Assembly: GCA_041690395.1 (NCBI GenBank)
Contig: JAWLHJ010000005.1
Location: 96,001 to 160,000, forward strand
Reading direction: 5' to 3'
Source: Longimicrobiales bacterium
Lineage (GTDB): Bacteria; Gemmatimonadota; Gemmatimonadetes; Longimicrobiales; Gaopeijiaceae
DNA: 64,000 nucleotides
Each line of letters opens with the position of its first letter. Within the stretch, counting starts at the first letter, position 1. Shown one piece after another: positions 58,192-64,000 of the stretch. Under the pieces are notes generated by a model. It was not told the origin of the DNA. It saw only the letters and a program-made list of their open reading frames with translations, and ran no database searches. Both the position numbers and the translations under genes were made by a program.

Positions 58192-58613
58192 CGGCCCGTG
58201 AAGCTCGCGGGCGCGCTCCTCCCGGGGTCGCCGTCTCGCACGAGCGCTTGAGCCAGTACCGTCGGTACGCCGAGCTGGTATCCGCTCAGGAGTCCGCCCT
58301 CGATCATGGAGACCTCGAGCAGGTCCGGAAGCTCGCGGACGAGCTCTCCGCCCTCGAGGGCCGGATCGGCTCGCCCATCCCTGGAGAGCGCGCCATCGCC
58401 GAGGGCGGCGAGGACGCTGAGCATGCGGCGGAGCTTCTACGGGACGCCCTCGACAGGACAAGGGAGATGGCATCTCGCCTGCGAGCCATGAAGGAAGCCG
58501 AAGGCGCCGAGGTCCGGCGCACGCTGACGAGGCGACCCCAGGCGAGGGCGTACGTCACCCGGGACGCCGAGATCGAGCCGGCGCGTTCGTCACGCCTGGA
58601 CGTGAAATCGTAG
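58188..58613 (+). CDS. FliT-like export chaperone
   Basis: Helical; after fliS; ATGA coupling; C-terminal ARAY...RLDVKS. Confidence 0.6.
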   Translation: MTAREARGRAPPGVAVSHERLSQYRRYAELVSAQESALDHGDLEQVRKLADELSALEGRIGSPIPGERAIAEGGEDAEHAAELLRDALDRTREMASRLRAMKEAEGAEVRRTLTRRPQARAYVTRDAEIEPARSSRLDVKS

Positions 58614-58641
58614 CCCGCACGGATGCGGATGGCCCCCTGGC

Positions 58642-58668
58642 TAAAGTTATTCGGCGTTCGGCCGAAGC
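58642..58668 (+). promoter_or_regulatory. Sigma28 promoter of flgM-cheY-cheZ
   Basis: TAAA(GTT)-N15-GCCGAAGC. Confidence 0.7.
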
Positions 58669-58691
58669 TGTGCATAAGGGAGGAATGACTC

Positions 58692-58991
58692 ATGTCGATA
58701 CATAAGATCGGTTCAGACCTCGTACGGCCTCTCGCTCCGCGAGCGGTCGGCGGGGAGGAGCGGAGCAAGGCGCGCCAGGGAGATTCCGGCGACGCGCGTT
58801 CCGCACGCTCGGACGAGGTACAGATATCCGCCGAAGGGCGGGAGCTCGCGGCGCAGGCATCTGCATCCGAGCCATCGCTCTCGCAGGCGCGGATAGACGA
58901 GATCCAGGAGCGGATCTCTCTCGGGCACTACGATGAGCCTGCGGTCGCGGAAACGGTGGCGCGACGTATGCTCGAAGGCGGGGACCTCTAG
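58692..58991 (+). CDS. flgM: Anti-sigma28 factor FlgM
   Basis: DEVQISAEGREL...RIDEIQERISLGHY..VARRML. Confidence 0.85.
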   Translation: MSIHKIGSDLVRPLAPRAVGGEERSKARQGDSGDARSARSDEVQISAEGRELAAQASASEPSLSQARIDEIQERISLGHYDEPAVAETVARRMLEGGDL

Positions 58992-59041
58992 CTCGGTCCG
59001 ACGGGGCGAGCTGGCTCATTCCGATTTCGGAGGAAGGTGAG

Positions 59042-59419
59042 ATGAAGTTTCTGGTCGTCGACGACTCCGCCACCATGCGCAGGATCGTCGTGAACTCCTT
59101 GAAACGCATCGGCTACGACGAATGCGTCGAGGCCGACGACGGCTCTGCCGGGCTCGCGGCGTTCGATACCTCGGTGGATTTCGTCATCACCGACTGGAAC
59201 ATGCCGAACATGAGCGGACTGGACTTCGTCAAGGCGATTCGCGCTAGGGATGACGGGAAGGCCGTGCCCATCCTGATGGTCACAACGCGAAGCGTGAAGG
59301 AAGACATCGTTCTCGCCGCACAGGCGGGCGTGAACAACTACGTCGTCAAGCCGTTCACGCCCCAGGTGTTGAAGGAAAAGATCGACCAGGCCCTAGGGGC
59401 CGTCGCGGGGAGCGCCTGA
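59042..59419 (+). CDS. cheY: Chemotaxis response regulator CheY (CheY2)
   Basis: MKFLVVDDSATMRRIV...ITDWNMPNMSG...LMVT...GVNNYVVKPFT (enteric-like CheY). Confidence 0.92.
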   Translation: MKFLVVDDSATMRRIVVNSLKRIGYDECVEADDGSAGLAAFDTSVDFVITDWNMPNMSGLDFVKAIRARDDGKAVPILMVTTRSVKEDIVLAAQAGVNNYVVKPFTPQVLKEKIDQALGAVAGSA

Positions 59420-60159
59420 TGTCGGCACCCGCCGATCGGCCCGGGTTGGCGCTCCACGATTCGGAGGCCACGCTGCGTCAGGTGGAGTCCGCCCTGGACG
59501 AGTTCAGCGGGACCGACGGCCGTCTGAGCTTCGAAGAGATCGTGACGGATCCGGACGGTCCCCCGGCGGGGCTCCACGACCTGGTCAAGCTGCTCATCGG
59601 GACCTACACGGAGATCATGGCCGTCATCGAGAGCCTGCGGCAGAGTCGTGGCCTCCTCGAACAGGCGGCGATGGATCGACTGAAGAGCACCCACGAGAAG
59701 CTCGCCGAGGTATCGTCCGCCACGGAGCTGGCGGCCGCCGGCATCTTGGACGGCCTCGACCGTGCGCTCGGCCTCGTGGACGAGCTCTCGTCGGACGAGG
59801 CCGGCGGCTCGGCCTCGTCCGATGGCTCGGACCCCGGCGCACGGCGCAGCGAGACCGCAGACACGCTGCGCGACGAGCTGCATCAGATCATGAATCTGCT
59901 TCAGTTCCAGGATATCACGTCCCAGCAGCTCGGTTATGCCTCCGGGGTCCTCATGGACATCGAAGAGCGCATGATGAGGCTGGTACGCGTCTTCGACCTC
60001 CAGAAGATGGGGATGGACGAGCTTCGGGGGGTCCTGGAGGAACGAGGTCCGGTGGCGGGACCCCGGACCCAGGATCCGGAGACGTGCGATCCCGACGCGT
60101 CGACACTGGGGGCCGATGAGCGGCAGGCGCTCGCCGACGAGGTCTTCACCTCGTCGTGA
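59419..60159 (+). CDS. cheZ: CheZ-like CheY-P phosphatase
   Basis: ATELAAAGILD...IMNLLQFQDITSQQL (DxxxQ motif); C-terminal QALADEVF; coupled to cheY. Confidence 0.78.
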   Translation: MSAPADRPGLALHDSEATLRQVESALDEFSGTDGRLSFEEIVTDPDGPPAGLHDLVKLLIGTYTEIMAVIESLRQSRGLLEQAAMDRLKSTHEKLAEVSSATELAAAGILDGLDRALGLVDELSSDEAGGSASSDGSDPGARRSETADTLRDELHQIMNLLQFQDITSQQLGYASGVLMDIEERMMRLVRVFDLQKMGMDELRGVLEERGPVAGPRTQDPETCDPDASTLGADERQALADEVFTSS

Positions 60160-61684
60160 ACGGGCGGGCCGAGCCCCTCCGGGTGGTGAGGGCTCCGGAC
60201 AGGTCGTGGGCGGCGAGCAGGGCCTCCAGAGCTGTCGCCTCGTCGGCAGTCCCGAAGGCGCCGGCGTACACCCGGAAGCGCGGACCTGCGTCCGGAGTGG
60301 AGTCCCAGAGCACGTAGCCGTCGATGCCCGACGCGCTCAGCCGGTCCACATGGCCCGCCGCGTCAGCCGGGGTATCCCAGACGCCCATCTCATAGGCCAG
60401 TTGGGATCGGCGCACCAGCCAGGCGTCGGCAGCTTCCCCTGACCATCGTTCGAGATCCGCCTTGGCCGCTTCGGCTCGAATCGAGTCTCCATAGCTGCCG
60501 GCGAGCACACGGTGGAACGTGTTCCCACCGACGTCGACGGGTGTCACGACCACCAGGACGGTGTCCCCTCGAGCCATGACCCGTTCCGCGTGCCGGCGCG
60601 CGGTGCCGCGATCCCGATACGACGCCAGGGCGATGGAGAAGGTCGGCGTCCCGTCGAACGTTCCCCGCGCGTCGGGCTCGATGGGGCGCGCGTCGGCGGC
60701 GTCCACGGCCTCGGTAGGTTCGACCATGCTGTCCCGTGCAGGTGCGGTGGCATCCGGGACGTGGGGTAGACCCGAGCCGTCTGCGTCCCCGGAGGGACCG
60801 CTCCACCACCCCGTCCAGGCCAGGACACCCACCACCACGGCTGCGAGGGCGGCGGCATGCACCAGCGACCGCCCGAAGTCTTGGGAGCCTGAGACGCGGA
60901 GGCGCTTCCACCAGGGCTTCGGCGGCGTCCCGGTCCATCCGGCGCCGTCCGGACGATCCGAGTCGCCGAAAGCCGCGCTGCCCTCGGTGGACACGGCACC
61001 CCACGTCTCGCGCGGGGGCGACGGCCGGGCGAACGGATCCATCGCCAGCGGGTCCAGCAGGTCTCCCTCGTGTGTGTGGGTGACAGCGTCGTCGGAGGAC
61101 CCGGGCCCGGCTTCGGGCGGTGCCACGATCGCGCGTAACTTGTCCGCAGGAACGACGTCGCGAGGAAGCGTGTCTTCCGGGGACGCGATGCCAATGACGT
61201 CGTCGGCGCGGGTCGCTACGAGCGACGCCCATGCAGCGTCGGCTGGCGTGAACACGACGAGCGTGACCCCAGCCTGAACGAACGTTTCGCAGAGCCGATG
61301 CCAGCGCTCCGACTTCAAGAGGAGGCTGGGGTCGCTCAGCGCGCGTCCCGGCGGGATGAGGGAGAAGCGCTCCCCGCCGACATCCTGAACAGCCTCCTGG
61401 ACCGTGGACGCACCCTCGAGGGTTTCGGCCAGCCCTGGCCCTTCGTGGGTGCCCAGCCAGAGACCCAAGCCCGGAGCCCGGAAAGAGGCATCGACGAGCA
61501 CCACACTCGTGCGGGTGCCACTCCAGGCGCGGGCCAAGGCGGTGGCAATGCTCGTGCCCCACCCCTCGCTCCACCCGCGCGCCGAGACGGACAACATCAC
61601 GATCCTGCCGGGACCCCCATCCGGACCTGCCAGTCGCGGAGGGTCCGAAGGGTCGAAAGGTCCCGTGCCGTCGCGGGGGATCAT
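60146..61684 (-). CDS. Degenerate CpsD/MinD-like P-loop domain + TM + periplasmic SPOR-like domains
   Basis: IVMLSVS..GWGTSIATALARAW..VVLVDASFRAPGL; TM AAALAAVVVGVLAW; FSIALASYRD..FHRVLAGSY and FRVYAGAFGTADEA. Confidence 0.65.
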   Translation of the reverse strand: MIPRDGTGPFDPSDPPRLAGPDGGPGRIVMLSVSARGWSEGWGTSIATALARAWSGTRTSVVLVDASFRAPGLGLWLGTHEGPGLAETLEGASTVQEAVQDVGGERFSLIPPGRALSDPSLLLKSERWHRLCETFVQAGVTLVVFTPADAAWASLVATRADDVIGIASPEDTLPRDVVPADKLRAIVAPPEAGPGSSDDAVTHTHEGDLLDPLAMDPFARPSPPRETWGAVSTEGSAAFGDSDRPDGAGWTGTPPKPWWKRLRVSGSQDFGRSLVHAAALAAVVVGVLAWTGWWSGPSGDADGSGLPHVPDATAPARDSMVEPTEAVDAADARPIEPDARGTFDGTPTFSIALASYRDRGTARRHAERVMARGDTVLVVVTPVDVGGNTFHRVLAGSYGDSIRAEAAKADLERWSGEAADAWLVRRSQLAYEMGVWDTPADAAGHVDRLSASGIDGYVLWDSTPDAGPRFRVYAGAFGTADEATALEALLAAHDLSGALTTRRGSARPFTTR

Positions 61685-61863
61685 TCTTCCAGGGCTCCTC
61701 TACGCCGAGGAGCGGTCGCCCCGGTCCGCGTCGCGGACCCTGCATGATGGAACGGCGGCACGGAGTTCGATTCGGTGGCGTATTCGGGGAGAGGTCCGCT
61801 GCTGCGACGGGTTCACAAGTGTCCGGTGAAGGGTGCCCACAAGACCGGGCGCTCGCAATCCTC

Positions 61864-63777
61864 TCAGGCCCGTGTCGTGGTCTCCAAGGTGCGGGGTAGC
61901 AGGATCTCCACGGTCGTGCCTCTGCCGGGCTCGCTGTCGATTCGCATGGACCCTCCGCTCTGCGTAAGGATGCCGTAGACGCTCGAGAGCCCCAGTCCGA
62001 CGCCGGCACCGACGCCCTTTGTGGTGAAGAACGGCTCGAAACATCGTCGATGTGTTTCCGGGTCCATGCCCGCACCCGTGTCGCGTACCACGAGCTGGAC
62101 GTATGCGCGGCTTTCCGCTTCGTCGAGGGAGGGCGCGGTCCCCTCTCCCCCGGCCACGGACACGTTCCGCGTGGACACCACGATGTCTCCGCCCGCCTCG
62201 GTGGCATCCCGAGCGTTGGTGAGAAGGTTGTAGACGACCTGCTCGAGCTGGCTCGGATCCATGAAGGTCTTTGGATCGCTGTCCGACAGTTCGGTGTGAA
62301 CGGTCACCGGTGCCCCTTCGCTTCGTGTCAGTAGCTTGAGCGCTTCTTCGACCGCGGCGTTCACGCGCACTGTACGCGGAGCGAGGATCTGACGGCGAGA
62401 GAACGCCAGCAGCTGACGCGTCAGCGCGGACGCGCGCTCGGCCGCGTGCTTGATCTCCTGAAGATCCATCCGCGCGTCTTCCGGGAGGGTGGCGCCCTCC
62501 TGCACGAGATCGGTGTGACCGATGATGGCCGTGAGAAGATTGTTGAAGTCGTGCGCGACACCTCCCGCGAGTTGGCCGATGGCTTCCAGCGTCTGGGCAT
62601 GCCGCAATCTTCGCTCGAGCTGCACCCGTTCGGAGATGTCGAGTGTCGTTCCCACCAGGTGAGGTGCTTCTTCGTCGAGGTCGTGAACAGGCTCGCCCTT
62701 CAGGCGGATCCACGCTGGCTCGTCGTCGCCGCGTCGTATTCGTAGCTCTAGATCGAAGGACTCGCCGAGCGCCCTCGAGCGCTCGAGGGCGCTGTGGACA
62801 GCGCGGCGATCGTCGGGGTGCACCCGGCGCCAGAGGGCCCCGGGCAAGTGTCGGTCATCGCCATCCGGAACACCGAGGGTCTCGAACACCTGCTCCGAGA
62901 CCCACCATCTTCCCTCTGTTGGATACCACTCCCAATAGCCCAGCCTCGCCACCGACTGGCCACGTCGGAGTCGTCGCTCTGCTTCTCCCAGAGCCCGGTA
63001 CGCCAGAACGTTCTCGGTCGTGTCGTGGATCGCGTAGAAGCAGCATAGGAGCTGGCCCTGATCGTCGTGCACGGCGCTCAGTCGGACGTCGAGATGGCTC
63101 CTCCCCTCCTGCACGGTCGCCCATTCGGCGGTGCCGGACCACGACGTGGCGCCCTCCCAGAGCGACGGCTCGTGAAACCGAATGAAGTCACCGATATGCC
63201 TTCCAGTCGGGTCGGCTCCCGCCGCATGGCGGCACTGTTCCCTGAAGGCCCGGTTGACGGCGGTGACGTGGCCCGAGGTATCGGTGAAGACCATGGGGTC
63301 GGTGGAGCATTCGATGGCCCATTCGTGGATACGCCGCTCACGATCGAGTTGGCGCTGACGACTGGCGTCCCGGACCGAGGCGACCGTGAACACGCCGGCA
63401 GGTGTGGACATTCGCGTGAGGCTGATGTCCACCGGCACGCTCGTGCCGTCCTTTCGCCTCGCCGACAGATCCAGCCCGAGTCCCATAGGCCTGACGGACG
63501 TGCTCGACTCGGCATACGCACGCCGGAGGGCCACGTGCCGAGACCGGAAGCCTTCGGGGACCATGACCTCCATGGTCTGGCCGGTCAGCTCACCGGTGTC
63601 GTAGCCCAGCAGGTTCTCGAGGCGCCGGTTCACCATGGAGATCCGGCCCTCGGAGTCCACGACGAGGAGGCCGTCGGGCGTGGCTTCGATCAGGGAATGG
63701 ATGAACGACGGCGCAGGCCCGTCGATGACGTCGCTGGCCGGGTCGACGGCGTGTTCAGGGGGGGTGTCTACGTTCAT
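61864..63777 (-). CDS. Multi-PAS sensor histidine kinase (CckA-type H-box, no REC)
   Basis: Three PAS regions; [40 protein letters not shown]. Confidence 0.92.
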   Translation of the reverse strand: MNVDTPPEHAVDPASDVIDGPAPSFIHSLIEATPDGLLVVDSEGRISMVNRRLENLLGYDTGELTGQTMEVMVPEGFRSRHVALRRAYAESSTSVRPMGLGLDLSARRKDGTSVPVDISLTRMSTPAGVFTVASVRDASRQRQLDRERRIHEWAIECSTDPMVFTDTSGHVTAVNRAFREQCRHAAGADPTGRHIGDFIRFHEPSLWEGATSWSGTAEWATVQEGRSHLDVRLSAVHDDQGQLLCCFYAIHDTTENVLAYRALGEAERRLRRGQSVARLGYWEWYPTEGRWWVSEQVFETLGVPDGDDRHLPGALWRRVHPDDRRAVHSALERSRALGESFDLELRIRRGDDEPAWIRLKGEPVHDLDEEAPHLVGTTLDISERVQLERRLRHAQTLEAIGQLAGGVAHDFNNLLTAIIGHTDLVQEGATLPEDARMDLQEIKHAAERASALTRQLLAFSRRQILAPRTVRVNAAVEEALKLLTRSEGAPVTVHTELSDSDPKTFMDPSQLEQVVYNLLTNARDATEAGGDIVVSTRNVSVAGGEGTAPSLDEAESRAYVQLVVRDTGAGMDPETHRRCFEPFFTTKGVGAGVGLGLSSVYGILTQSGGSMRIDSEPGRGTTVEILLPRTLETTTRA

Positions 63778-64000
63778 GACCCGTCTGTGTTCTGGTACGC
63801 CTGTGCGCGTGCGAGTGTCTCAAGGCTCGGGGGCCGCGGACCGAAACTTTAGCGAATCCCCGAAATGCGGGGGCTCCTGGGCAGTGGCGGCTCGTCACTT
63901 CACACCGGCTCGCCGGACGGTCGACCCGTGGTCACCGCAGGCCCCCATCCGGCGCATGCGCGTTGACTGGCCGTGGGGCACTGAAGATCTTTTCAGGTTG

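Overview
A GC-rich bacterial window almost entirely occupied by one near-complete flagellar and chemotaxis supercluster. The lineage is probably Gemmatimonadota-like, but that is an impression from gene content and order, not a database result. Left to right it contains: HDOD and hybrid-kinase signalling genes; a che operon (cheW, globin-PAS chemoreceptor, ybaN-like gene, cheR, cheD, cheY, cheX, cheB, cheA); a minus-strand flgL-fliW unit; a sigma54 enhancer-binding response regulator; the basal body/export/hook block flgB to flgK plus csrA; a ChpT-like phosphotransferase; motAB with a pseudo-kinase; EAL-HDOD and REC genes; fliC, a very large fliD, fliS, a fliT-like gene, flgM, cheY2 and a cheZ-like gene; a P-loop/SPOR membrane protein; and a PAS kinase. 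The strongest candidates for novelty are: (1) a FliK hook-length ruler with an intact internal M15 Zn-peptidase (cell-wall endopeptidase) domain, while FlgJ has no muramidase domain; (2) a ChpT-like phosphotransferase, two His-less pseudo-kinases and CckA-type kinases, suggesting an alphaproteobacterial-style phosphorelay with a sigma54 activator as possible output; (3) three sigma54 promoters sharing a tandem GGAAG-N3-CTTCC enhancer and an IHF-like site at conserved spacing. No rRNA, tRNA, CRISPR array or mobile element was seen. All domain calls come from reading motifs by eye, and start codons were adjusted manually.
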